A DNA stretch of 64,000 nucleotides, from assembly GCA_964016885.1 (NCBI GenBank), contig CAXHJY010001609.1:62001-126000 (forward strand). The letters run 5' to 3'. The position numbers were made by a program, and so were the translations under genes. Shown here in pieces: positions 37,874 to 52,535 of the stretch; position 1 is the stretch's first letter; each line of letters begins with the position of its first letter. The notes under the pieces were generated by a model. The model had not been told where the DNA came from. It made no database searches and worked only from the letters and a program-made list of their open reading frames with translations. The stretch is from Eledone cirrhosa (taxonomy: Eukaryota).

Positions 37874-40800
37874 CTTTATATTTGGTTGTTATGTCTCTCT
37901 CTATATATATATATATCTTTATATTTGATTGTTATGTCTCTCTCTCTCTCTATATATATATATACATATATCTTTGTATTTGGTCGTTATGGCTCTAGAT
38001 AAAATCTATTGATCTTGCTTATTGAGTAACACAAAATTCTAAACATATTTGATGTGTTTTAATTCATTATTTGAGTATATATATATATACAGGAAGCAAA
38101 ACATGTTCTCCTTAGAGAAGATACATAGAAAATGTATAATTTTTTCCTGATATGTTGGTAGACTAGCAGGCATATATATGTATGTATATATATATGCCTG
38201 CTAGTCACTGATCTGTCCAAATTATACAATTTCTCTGTATTTTCTCTAAGGAGAACATGTTTTGCTTCCTGTTATACATAAAACTTTGCATCTTCGAAAT
38301 ATATATAATGAAATAAATAGAGATGATATAAAGTATATATCTTCCGTTTATTACTAATATATATATATACACACACACACATATATATGCCATTATAGTT
38401 TATTGTCACGGCAGGAAAACCTTTAATTATAAGTTTACCTGACCATACTAACCTGGGACTTAATTTAAGCCAGACGGTGTTGTCTCCCTTAGCACTAATC
38501 ACTGAATTAATATCCAGTAACGTCTGCTTTTCTTCTAGGTTTAGTTAAGCCTTTATCATTAACGTTACTCTATATTTACTATTATATTTTCCCAGTAAAC
38601 ATAATTATCTCACACAATATTGTATCTATGAGATTTTGATATTATTTATTTTGGGAACAATACCTTAACATCAGCATGAGCAGCTTGTTAGGGCCAGTTA
38701 GAACAGAAAATGTCAGAGAATTCTGGCCAGATACGGACGGTTTAAATAAATGATTTAATAAATAACAGCTCTATTGAAACACTACTGTGTTGTTCTGAGA
38801 TGATTTCAGTAGAATTTCAAATGGTAGAAGGACAAATATATTCTACATTTACTTTAATATAGATTTAAACAAAGATGGTAGAATGACAGAATTGGTAGAG
38901 TGTCAGATAACCTACCATTGCAGTATTTGTCCTGGTACTTAATATTCTGAGTTCAAATCCCACTGAGGTAAATTATATATTTTATTCTTCTAGGCTGGAT
39001 AAAATATATTATATGTACTACGGTTGATTTAATAAACTTTGCCCTTCCCCCATAATTGCTGGTCTTCAGCCTAATTTACAAATAAATAGAGATTTAACAA
39101 GTTTGTTGCTTCAAATTTCTCAAAACACTTTTATTTAGTGTGACTAGTGCAGTAAATTGGCAGTAATCGGTAGAGCGTCAGACAACAAGCTTTGCATCAT
39201 ATAGTAATGTCCTGTTACATACTGAGTTCAAATAATGTGGAGGGTAGCTTTCCCTTTCATCCATATGGGGTTGATAAAATAAAGTACCAGTAATACACTG
39301 AGGTTGATTTAACTTTCCCCACGCTCAATATTATTGGGCCTGTGCCTACATCAAATACCATTATTTACTGTGTCTAACAACACTCAGTAACCTATACTAT
39401 CACTACCCCAATGATACCAGCCAAGACAGTGTCTCAAAATTCTCTCTGGCCTGCAGAAACCCAGGTACCAGTTGCCTCATGCTCCTGGCTAAGGATATAA
39501 TGGATAAAGTATTAACCTGGAAGATAGTGAGGGAGATGTGTTGAAGTAGCCATTAAAACCTCTGGGGCCTCACAAGTTTTAAAAACAACAAAGTTCAATA
39601 GAATTTTAAACATTTCAAATATCAATGAAGTGTTTGTGTTTGATTTCTTCTAACTACTTTCAAGATATCATTACATATGGTGTTCTTAACAGATATTTAG
39701 ATGGGGAAATAACAAAAGTATGGAATCACAGACTGGACAAATTCCTCAAATGTAACTCTTTACTTAACACAAATAGATTGAATTTCAGGAGATAAATATA
39801 GTTTATTTAATATGTTATGAAAACCTAATAAATGATTTACGCTAAAAAGACAGAATATGAAAAGCAGGAAAAGATATATACACTCCTTCAATTAAATGTG
39901 TAAGGAATTGAACTAGGAACAGTTATTTGTAAATTTCTATTTCAACACAATAAAGCACAATAAACTGTAGAAATGTGGAACTGGAGAACTGTTGATCTGG
40001 AGAAATGTTGAACTGAAGAACTGTAAAACTGTAGAACTGATGAACTGAAGAAATGTTGAACTGTTGAACTGAAGAACTAAAGTGAGGATGTAACAACAGA
40101 AATAATTGTGTACTCCAGTAGCTGTAAGGCTGTACTTGAAACCTGTTGGATAAAATTGTGTACCCCAGTTTAGCTGAAGTATAATAGGCCAAAATATGAG
40201 CACACTTGAAACACATAATTGTGATATGATTGGCTGTCATTAAATAATTGAACCATAACGCAGCACTTGTTAAATGACATACAATATGAGTTTAATATGT
40301 GATAATGTTGGTGCTGCTTTGTAATATTTCTGAGACAAGACACTGACAGCATTAGTTCAGGTGATAGAGGGTCCCTCAATTACACACCACAACAGGGAAT
40401 GTTGGTGTTGACCTCTAACAGATCTGAGACAAGACACTGACAGCATTAATTCAGGTGATAGAGGGTCCCTCAATTACACACCACAACAGGGAATGTTGGT
40501 GTTGACCTCTAACATATCTGAGACAAGATACAGCATTAGTTCAGGTGATAGAGGGTCCCTCAATCACACTTTACAACAGGGAATGTTGGTGTTGACCTCT
40601 AACATATCTGAGACAAGACACAGCATTAGTTCAGGTGATAGAAACAAGACATATCATTACCTCAGATGATAGAGGGTCCCTCAATTACACATTATAACGG
40701 AATTTTAGCTGTTACAAACAAAGAAAAAAAGAAAAAGTATTTTGCAATTATATCATTAAAAATGAATCTAGGAAGACAAAAGTTAGACATGGAAAGGATT

Positions 40801-42760
40801 TTAATTCCAGTTAAAAACATATTTAAGAAATTGTGTCTGTAGAAGTGTTATGGTTACATTTTTGAAGTTGGTGGACAATAAGTTTAGATTGGTAAAAGGA
40901 AGGGTATCTCAGGGTTCACAGTTAAATAGTTTTATCCCCAGTGTGTGTTTCTAAGTTACTGTTAGTCACAAAATATTTCCCACATGTTTCACTGGGGAAA
41001 GTCCTTTTTCTGCAGTCTGAATATGTGGCCAACATGAGTAGAATTCTGAATAAAAGATGTCCAACATGTTTCACACTGGAAGTTTCTTTCCTCCAGTCTG
41101 AAGACATATATGTTTATTAAGTACCAAAATATCTGTAAAAGATTTCTCACATGAAATGAAATATTTAATCATGTAGCAACACCTATCTTGAAACATGTAG
41201 CTCACTCTATGTTATCTACACAATATTAACTTTCACTTTAACATGAGATAATTACTACATAAAATATAATTAGATTAATTAATTAAGATGGCAGGTACGT
41301 GGTGTCGTTGACAGTGTTTCCTTTTCCAGATGGTGACATGACTTAAAAGTCCCCTAAATAATTTAATACATTCAGAAACAACTTCAGTTATATCAATTCA
41401 CACATTCAATCAATAAGCTAATCTTTATTCAGATTTGTGTAAATAACATTCGGAATTTTATATAACTGTTCATATTAAACCAAAATACATTATCAAAGGT
41501 AATAAAATATTTAAGAAATGGAAACGAAAAAAAGAAAAAGGAATCAAGCAATGTAAGGGAAAGGGACAGACACTATATTCCAGTCTGAGCTGTGATTCAG
41601 CCCCACCCTACAGAAACTATGTTTGGAAGGAAACCAGAGTAGAGGATGACCAAGGAAGTCAGGGGCAAATGTTGTGAGAGCCGAACTCAAAACGCTAAAA
41701 CTGGAAGAGATGAAGGAACGCATCTAGTGGAGAGATGCCATGCTGAGAAGGACCTGTACAACTGTTGCAAGCATGGAATAGTAGATATAAGGATGATACA
41801 CAAAATATACACTATATATATAAATATGTATATGTGCTACATTTACACAATATATACACTATATATAAATACTGCATATATAGAGTATATGCTACATATA
41901 GACAATATATAAACTATATATATATACGACATACACATTATATATAATGTTGTCCAAGGGAATAGCTGAAACAGCTTGGCACCAATGACATCATAGATCA
42001 TTATTTAAAGACCTGTCCCACCCTTGCTAGCAAGGGTGGGACAGGTCTTTACAAACCAGGGGGCAGTGGTTATTCTACATTCTACTAAGTGTATTTTATT
42101 GTGGCACCAGTACTAAAGAGGTTGTCATGTCTTTGACAGAACTGAAGGGTCCTACCAAACCTTTGTTTGGCAAGAGAAGAAAGTTGTAAAGTATTTTCAA
42201 ATGTGAATTATTTCTAAAAAAAAGTCATAATTTCAACTGTCATGAAAGTACCATCAACAAATATTAAAGTTATAAAATTGTTTTTATTTACACATAAATG
42301 TGGATATTTTGTCATAAATATAAACATAAACCAGTTAGTGTTTGTAAAATAACACATATAAACACATCAATCTTGTTTGTTTTTCTTATATTGATGGAGT
42401 CATAGGGGTGTCACTGTGGACATTTGAAGCTTGGTGGAGCCCTTCACTCACCAGGTTGGAACAGGTGATTTCTTCCAGAGAAGGAGAATAATAAATGTTC
42501 ATCAATATATATATATATTATTTCGTGGCATTCTTGAGATCATTAATCCCCAGCTGAACATCCCTAGACATCTGATCTATGTAGGACATTTTCAGTAATC
42601 CCACTAGGGTCTTACTATGGTTAAGTATCCACCACAGGAGCCAGCTCATCAGGGCATCCATTCTTCGGTAGGAATGTCTGGTATATCTTGTCCTTCGCTC
42701 CCTAGTTATTGTAGTAATCTTCAATATATGGCGGTATGTTTCTTGTTTGATTGAGGAATA

Positions 42761-44419
42761 TCATCATCATCATCATCATCAACGTTTAACGTCCGTGTTC
42801 CACGCTTGCATGGGTTTGGACGGGGGTAGTCCCACTTGAGGCAAGAGTGATTGTCTTGCTCACATAGGACTGTCTGGCAGGTTTTCTACAGTTGGATGCC
42901 CTTCCTAACACCAACCACATTTACAGTGTGGGACTGGGAGGTTTTTACCGTGTTGCCTACACGGCCACATTACAGCGTAGACTGTGTGTTTTTTTGTCGT
43001 GACACCCACACGATCTCATTTGTTTCGGCCTGGATGGTGTGGCACCAACACAACTTTACATAGAACGGGGTGGCGTGGATGGGGTGGGGGTGGGTGGGAC
43101 GGAGGGGGGTATTTTGTTAGAGATGCCTACTGGCTGTAGTAGGTTTTACTATGTATTTAGGTAAGGCGGGTCTTCTCTGTTACTGAGTACCGCCAAAGGT
43201 CTCGGTCCAGTGACATTGTCTTGGAGAGGTGTAAGTGTGTGAGGTCGGAGTTTATCAGCTCGTCCCAGGTTTTTTTAGGTCTGCCTATTCCGTGGCTACC
43301 GTCTATCTTTATTGCCCTGCACTTTGTTATACAGCTATCGACTTTCATGCGCATCACGTGTCCATACCAACGTAGCCTTCTCTCGAGTAAACAACATCTG
43401 ATCCCTCTTATTTCTAATTTTTTCCTTAGTTCGTTTATGCTTTGCCGTTCACGTATATTACTGTTACACATCCAGCGGAGCATGCAAGCTTCGTTCCTCT
43501 CTAGTCCGCGTATATCCTCTGCACACAATGCCCAGGTCTCACTGCCATGCAACATTGTTGTTCGTATGCAGGCATCGTACAACCTGCCTTTCATTTTTAG
43601 GGAGAACCCTTTAGCAGCTAATAGTGGTATAAGCTCTCTGAACTTTTTCCAACCAGTTCTGACTCTAGCTACTGTACTTTCAGAGCACCCTCCCCCACTG
43701 CTGATTTTATCACCCAGGTAACGGAAACTGTCCACTATTTCTATAGAACCCTCTGTGCAATTGTAAGAGCTAGTATTTTGTGGGCACTTGCTGCTACTTT
43801 TTGCACCAGAGCACCGGCCACATGTAAAATCTATGTTCTTAGTTAGCTTACCTGTGATCCCACTACAACTTTTATACACCCATACTTTGCATTTAGGACA
43901 TAAAATGGAGTTTCTACCTACGCCTTTCCTACACACCAAGCACGACCATTTCCCAGAAGGGACCGCCGCCTTATTTTCTTTCCTACAAACTAGAACTTTA
44001 GTCTTAGCCAGGTTAATTTTAAGGCCTTTTGATTCTAGGCCGTGCTTCCATGTTTGGAATTTCTTCTCTAGCTCGGCCATTGATTCCGCTATGAGTGTCA
44101 GGTTGTCTGCGTATAGGAGTTCCCATGGGCAGCCGGTCTTGAACTCCTCTGTTATAGCCTGAAGGGCAATAATAAATAGTAGGGGGCTGAGAACAGAGCC
44201 CTGATGGACGCCAACTTTTACGCTAAACTCTTCACTATATTCGTTGTTAATTCTAACCTTGCTGACTGTTTCTTTATACATGGCTTGTATAGCTCTCACA
44301 AGCCATTCATCAACGCCTAGTTTTCTAAGAGCCCACCAGATAATGGAGCGGGGGACTCTGTCGAAGGCTTTCTCCAAGTCGACAAAAGCTAAGTAGAGGG
44401 GTTTACCTTTAGCTAGGTA

Positions 44420-44421
<2 letters not shown>
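42761..44421 (-). mobile_element. Young 5'-truncated RTE LINE
   Basis: Open frame from KYLAKGKPLY through the RT to the stop at 43157. (CAT)n tail at 42761 and (TA)n at the 5' junction. Near-identical to 52955-54620. Confidence 0.95.
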
Positions 44422-44455
<34 letters not shown>

Positions 44456-45071
44456 GATGCGTATGAAGGATGACAGCTGCATTAACAGGTGCAGAGTTCT
44501 AAAAGTCGATGTAAGCCATGGAGTGGGGAGAACCAGGAAGACCTGGGATGAGGTGATAAAAGCTGACCTTGCCCAATTGTGCCTCTCAAATACAATGACA
44601 CAGGACCGTGACCTCTGATGTCAGTCGGTAATACAGAAGACCCGACTTCACACGGGTACAAGCCGAAGCTGAAGCATATTGACAATATCTCCCCATCCCT
44701 ACCCACTGCAAAAATGGTCATGGAGATATCACGACAAAAAAAGCACCCAGCCCACACTGTAAAGTAGTCATGTAGATACCATGATAAAGAAAGCACACAG
44801 CACTCACTGTAAATGAGGTTTTGTGTTAGGAAGGGCATCCAGCTGTAGAAATCAAGCCAAAATCAGTTCCCTGACCTGGCATTGCCCACAACAGGACAAC
44901 CCATCTAACTTATGCTAGTGTGGAAGAATGGAGGGAAAACCGTGATGATGATGATGATGATAAGTATAAGATAAGGATTTTTCAAGCTTCACATTTCATA
45001 TACTTCAGTCCAGAGTGTGTCTGTATATTTGTGTGTTTCACATTTCAGAGTGATGGGGTTTATCGCAAGTG

Positions 45072-45839
<768 letters not shown>

Positions 45840-48677
45840 TTACATAAAGGATTCTCACTACTTCTACTGATACATTAAGAAATGTAGATATCGTTAATAG
45901 ATGCCATGTATTCTAATATACAAAGGTTCCATAAAAGACTGCAGAAGTCTGCTTTCTTCTTCTACAAAGTTGTAATGTAGCATTTAGTTGGTACAAGTAA
46001 TAAGACATATGTTAGTGTAAGACTGATCTTGGATGAAGAAAAGGCAAGTGCTTATATATATATGTGTGTGTGTGTGATTATTGTGGAGTATTCCACTATA
46101 ATTTTTGTTAAAGTGAGAGAAGCTCTATTCACAATAAAATCCTCAGCTCATAAAACAGACGAATAAGACTTCTATAGTTAAGGTTCTTGTTATTGGGGAC
46201 AGTTCAGGTGACAAGAGAATTAATATCCATAATTTCAAAAGAAGGTTAATATATATATACAGACATACAGTGTGTAGGTATGAGAGAGAGAAATAGATGT
46301 GTGTATGTGTGTAGAAATATGTGTGTAAGTGTTGTAATAAATCAAGATATTTCACTTCAGATAGAAAAGTTCACAATGCTTGTGTTGTGGTGGAAAACGA
46401 AATAGTACGTACTTTAGTTGTCAAGACCAAATATAAAGTCAAGAAAAGTTAGTAAAAACTAAATGTTCACTGATTTCTGATTAAAATAATATCTTCCTGT
46501 CCTGTAAAATGTTGAACAACCACTTCAATATTTAATAATACAGGTGATAAAACAACAACTATAAGGTAAATAAGTCACCTTATGTTATTTACAAACATTA
46601 ATGTCCACTTTAATATGAAATAATCACCATAAAAGATAAAATTAGATGAGGTTTAAGTTGTAACAATGGAGCTGATATAAATGGTAATATTTCACCGTCT
46701 AGTAGACACCGGTGTCATGACTTGAAAGTCCCCCACATAATTTAATACATTCAGAAACAACTTCCGTTATATGAACTAGCAGAAAACCACCCGAAGGTAG
46801 CATGTGTGGTGTGTATATTGATATTATACTCAGGTATATATGATACATATATATATATACCTGCGTGTAATATATACACACTACACATGCTACCTTCGGG
46901 TGGTTTTCTGCTAGCATGCGTAGCGTGTATATTGATATTATACGCAAGTATATATATATACAGGTAGATATGATACATCAAATAAAATCATAATTTACAA
47001 TATATAATTGTTTCTACGTTAGGCACAAGGCCAGCAAAATACCCAGTGTATTACTGGTACGTTATTTTATCGACCCCGTAAGGATGAAAGGATAAGTTAA
47101 CCTCGGCGGGATTTGAACTCAGAATGGCAAGGGCCGTAACTCTATGCGTCAAAGCATGGCGTCCGACCCTCTACCAATACTGCCAATCCACCGCCTTGAC
47201 AATATATAATACACAGAAATTGAACGAAGACTGTATTACACTGTCTTATGTAATCAGTAACGTAATCCATGATACATTAAAAAAGACGATATTATATATA
47301 AACTGCATTAGGAGAAAATTAGTGACAGAAAATTAATAGTTTATTGAAGTGATGGCCAACCGGAAGTGTTGACATTTCAGAAATTTTAAAGAAGTGAATC
47401 TTTAAATAAAAAAAATATATTTAATTAACAGCCACGAAATTTAGTAGATAAATTATGTAATATTCATTCGTTATTAATTCAAAGTAATCCAACTTATTTT
47501 ACTAATGGGATAAACAATTAGAAACCGTACGCAGTCCCACGCTCCTCCTTTTATTATAGTTTAGATTCATACGTTCACTAGATATGCTAGTACTTTATTC
47601 AGATTTGAATAAATAACATTATTAATTTTATATAACTGTTCATATTAAACCAAAATACATTATTAAAGGTAATAAAATATTTAAGTAATGGAAAAAAAAC
47701 CGAATCAAATAACGAAAATAATTGTTTCTACTTTTGGCACAAGGCCAGCAATCATCCTAGTGCATTACTGGTACTTCATTTTATCGACCTCGTAAGGATG
47801 AAAAGCAAAGTTAACTCTGGCGGGATTTGAACTCAGATCATAAAGGGAGGTAACTCTATGCTACAAAGCATGGCGTCCGACGCTCTACCGATATTGCCAA
47901 TCCAACGAAAATAACGGGAGAGGGACAGACTTTATTTTTCAGTCTGAGCTGTGATTCAGCCCCACCCTACAGACAAAATGGCAAAGGTGTTACCACAGAG
48001 AATAGCCAGAGATACCCACTACAACATCCACCCCACCTCATGGGACTACTTCCTCAAGGGGGCTGCTGTCTTTCTAATTTTGAGAAGGAAATTAGCAGTG
48101 TGGGGACAAATAGGAAGTGGTTTGTCAGGCCCCAGTATTTAACTATCTCCCTCTTCTCTCTATTACAGGTAGTAAAGCCTGGGTTTGTGGCTGCAGGGAA
48201 AATGTTGGAGGCAGAGAATGATACAACCCATGCTAAACCTCCAACTAAAGCTGATACTTGTCTTTTTCAGCTGTGGAGATTAGAGATATGTGGAATGATG
48301 TGTCTTGCTTAAGGACACAATGTACCTCCCTAACTGAGAATTGAAAACATGATATTACCATATGTTGTATGGATCACTATACTATATATGTGTTTGTATA
48401 CATATATATAGTATATATTTGTGTGTATACATTGTCTCATTCCATGAGAGTAACTTGGTCAGCCTATGAACTCCTCATCTGACCCTTCTATATGTATATA
48501 CATGTTTGTCAGTGTGTGTGTACATATGTATATAGAATATTGTCACAACTACTATATACACCACATATACACTATATATAATATTGTCCAATATATATAG
48601 ACTATATGTCATGTTGTCCAAGGGAAAGGCTGATATAGATCAGCACCAGTGACATTACAACTATTGTATACACTATA

Positions 48678-50468
48678 TATCATCATCATCATTATCATTT
48701 AATGTCTATCTTCAAAGCTAGCATGGGTTAGACGGGAATTGTCCCACTTGAGGCAAGATTGATCGGGTGACAGTGTCACACTCGTATAGGACTGTATCTG
48801 GCAGGTTTTCTACAGCTGGATGCCCTTCCTAACACCAACCAGATTTCCAGTGTGGACTGGGAGCCTTTTCGTGATGACACCTACACGACCTCTTTAGTTT
48901 GGACTGGATGTTGTACCAACATAACTTTATAGAGACAGGATGGTGTTGGTGGGTGTGGGAGGATGGAGTAAGGGTTGTGGGTTGGGGTGTATATTTGGTT
49001 AGGAGGGGCCTACTGACTGTAGGTTACCTTTGCACATAGGGAAGGCAGGTCTTCTCTGTTACTGCGTGGTGCCATAGATCTCAATCCAGTGACATTGTCT
49101 AAGAGAGGTGTAAGTGTGCAAGGTTGGATTTTATGTCGTCCCAGGTTTTTCTGGGTCTACCTACTCCATAACTTCCATCAATTTTGATCACCCTGCACTT
49201 TTTTATAAAGCTGTCATCTTCCATGCGCATCACATGACCATACCAACGTAATCTTCTCTCAAGTAAACAGCATCTGATCCCTCTTATTCCTAATTCTCAC
49301 TTTATGTTTTGCCATTCATGTATATTACAATTACACGTCCAACGGAGCATGCATGCTTCATTCCTTTCCAATCTGTGCAGGTCCTCTGCACACAATGCCC
49401 ATGTCTTACTGCCATGTAGCATAGCTGTTCATATGCAGGCATCATACAATCTGCCTTTCATTTTTAGAGAGAAACTTTTGTGTCTAGCAGCGGTATTAGC
49501 TCTCTGAGCTTTTTCCATCCCGTTCTAACTCTGGCTACTACACTTTCAGAGCACCCTCCTCCACTGCTGATTTTGTCCCCCAGGGAACAGAAAGTGTCCA
49601 CTATTTCTATAGTACCATCTGGGCAGTAGAAGGTGCTAGTATCCTGTGGGTACTTGCTGCTTATTTCACCTGAGCATCGGCCACATATAAAATCTACATT
49701 CTTAGATAGCTTACCTGTGATCTCACTACATCTTTTATGTACCCATAGTTTGCATTTGGGACATAGAATGGAATTTCTACCTACTCCTTTCCTACACACA
49801 GAGCATGGCACTAGTGCCCTATTTTCTTTTCTACATACTAGACCTTTAGTCTTAGACAAGTTAACTTTAAGGCCTTTTGATTCAAGGCTATGCCTCCATT
49901 TTTGGAATTTCTTCTCTAGTTCAGCCATAGATTCGGCTAGGAGAGTTAGAGCATCTGCATATAGAAGTTCCCATGGGCAGCTGGTCTTAAAGCCCTCTGT
50001 TATAGCCTGAAGGGCAATAATAAACAGTAGGAAGCTAAGGATGGGGCCTTGCTGAACACCTACTTTACACCAAATTCTTCACTATATTCCTTGTTAATTC
50101 TAACCTTGCTGACTGTTTCTTTGTACATGGCTTGTATAGCTCTCACAAACCATTCATATACACCTACATTTCTAAGGGCCCACCAGATAATGGAGCAGGG
50201 GACTCTGTCAAAGGCTTTCTCCAAGTCAACAAAAGCTAAGTATAAGGGGTTTACTTTTAGCTAGCTACTTCTACTGTAGTTGCTGTACAAGGAACAGAGC
50301 GTCTGTGGTACTTTTACCTGACACAAACCCAAACTGCATTTCATCTAGATCAATTTGGTCTCTGATTAGTTGTGCTATAACTCTTTCTGTGACCTTCATG
50401 ACCTGGTCAACTACCTTAATGCCTCTATAGTTTCCCCTATCTAGGGCATCTCCTTTACCCTTGTAGCA
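48678..50468 (-). mobile_element. Decayed RTE, duplicate of 31023-32810, cut by a deletion
   Basis: Same tail, 3' UTR and RT remnants. Ends abruptly at cccttgtagcag. Confidence 0.9.
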
Positions 50469-51919
50469 GTAAGACTGATCTTGGATGAAGAAAAAGCAAG
50501 TGCTTATATATATATACCATCATCATCATCATCACCGTTTTACGTCCGTTCTGTTACGTTACGTCTAGCATAGGTTAGATGGGTTGTCTTGTTGTGGGCA
50601 GTGTCCGGTCAGCTGACCTTGTCTTGCTCATATGGGAACTGATTCTTGCTTGATTTCTACAGCTGGATGCCCTTCCTAACACCAACCTCATTTACAGTGA
50701 GTGCTGGGTGCTTTATATATATATATATATAAGTGATTATTGTGGAGTATACCACTATTTTTTTTGCTAAGGTGAGAGAAGCTCTATTCACAATAACATC
50801 CTCAGCTCATAAAACAAACCAATAAGACTTCTATAGTTAAGGTTCTTGTTATTGAGGACAGTTCAGGTCAGAAGAGAATTAATATCCCTAATTTTAAAAG
50901 ACAAATGTTAATATATATACATATATATATATAGACATACAGTGTGTACGTATGAGAGAGAGAAATAGACGTGTGTGTAGAAATATGTGTGTACGTGTTG
51001 TAATAATTAAGATATTTCACTTCAGATAGAAAAGTTGACAATGTTTGTGTTGTGATGGAAAATGAAATATTACGTACTTTAGTTTTCAAATAAAGTCAAG
51101 AAAATTTAGTAAAAACTAATTATTCACTGATTTCTGATTAAAAAATAAATTTTCCTGTCCTGTAAAATGATCAGATGGCAGAAGTTGGGCAGTCTGCTGT
51201 TTCTTGTTATGTAATTCTACCAGAATCTCTTCGGGAGCCTTCGAGATGTTGGTCCAGGCAGTGTTGATCTGGTTCTCTATCAGTGTGGGTGTAATTCCAG
51301 TGATGTCCGAGTAGAGACTGTCATAGTTGAGATGTTGGTGGGCTCGGTTGTTGTAGGTCTCTCTGGTAATAACACAAAACTCTTTTCCCTTGTCCGATGA
51401 GAGGTATACAAGGTTCTTTGATCCGAGGTTATCTTAGGGTAGCAAGTTGTGGTCTGGAGAGGTTGTGGTGAGTATGGGTGTGTTTTTGTAGGATCTCGAG
51501 AATAAACTCTCAGTTAAAACTTACCATGACTAACATCCTACAAAAACACACACATACTCCCCACAACCTCTCCAGAGGTGAAAGCAGTGATTCTTTGCTT
51601 AAACTTTAATCTGTTCTTATAATATATATATAACCAAGTGAAAAATATATACATATATCTTTTCACTTGGTTATATATGGAGAGAGAGAAAGAGCCAAAT
51701 ATCGTATAAGGTATATGATATATGGGTCTTTCTCATTCTCTCTCTATATATATATCTTTGTATTTGGTTGTTATGTCTCTCTCTCTCTATATATATATAT
51801 ATATCTTTGTATTTGGTTGTTATGTCTCTCTCTCTATATATATCTTTGTATTTGGTTGTTATGTCTCTCTCTCTCTCTATATATATATATATACATATAT
51901 ATATCTTTGTTTTTGGTTG

Positions 51920-51979
<60 letters not shown>

Positions 51980-52530
51980 CTTTGTGTATGGTTTTTTTAT
52001 GTCTCTCTCTTTCTCTCTCTATATATATATATCTTTGTGTATGGTTGTTATGGCTCTAGATAAAGTCTATTGAGCTTCCTTATTGAGAAACACACAATTC
52101 TAAACATATTTGATGTGTCATATACTCAAATAATTGTTTCTACGTTAGGCACAAGGCCAGCAATTACCCAGTACATTACTGGTACTTTATTTTATCGACC
52201 CCATAAGGATGAAAGGCAAAGTTAACCTCGGCAGGATTTGAACTCAGATTGGAAAGGGCCGTAACTCTATGCGTCAAAGTATGGCGTCCGACCTTCTACC
52301 GATACTGCCAATCCACCGCCCTATTATATACTCAAATAATGAATCAAAACACATCAAATATGGATTGGCAGTATCGGTAGATGGTCGGACGCCATGCTTT
52401 GATGCATAGAGTTACGGCCCTTACCATTATGAGTTCAAATCCCGCCTTTCATCTTTACGGGGTCGATAAAATAAAGTACCAGTAATACACTGGGGTAATA
52501 GCTGGCCGTGTGCCAAAAGTAGAAACAATT
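50469..52530. repeat. Partial third copy of the duplication unit, lacking the ZNF type A array
   Basis: Matches 19875-21545 and 36550-38075, starting at taagactgatcttggatgaag. Confidence 0.85.
52131..52530. mobile_element. Head-to-head pair of family 1 SINEs
   Basis: Minus copy at 52131-52320 and plus copy at 52361-52530, 40 bp apart. Confidence 0.8.
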
Positions 52531-52535
52531 ATATA

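Noticed and set aside
51667-52073. Hydrophobic YI/SL-rich ORFs (also near 12334, 37774, 58676 and 59501)
   Set aside because: Translations of (TA)n, (TC)n and (GTT)n microsatellites.
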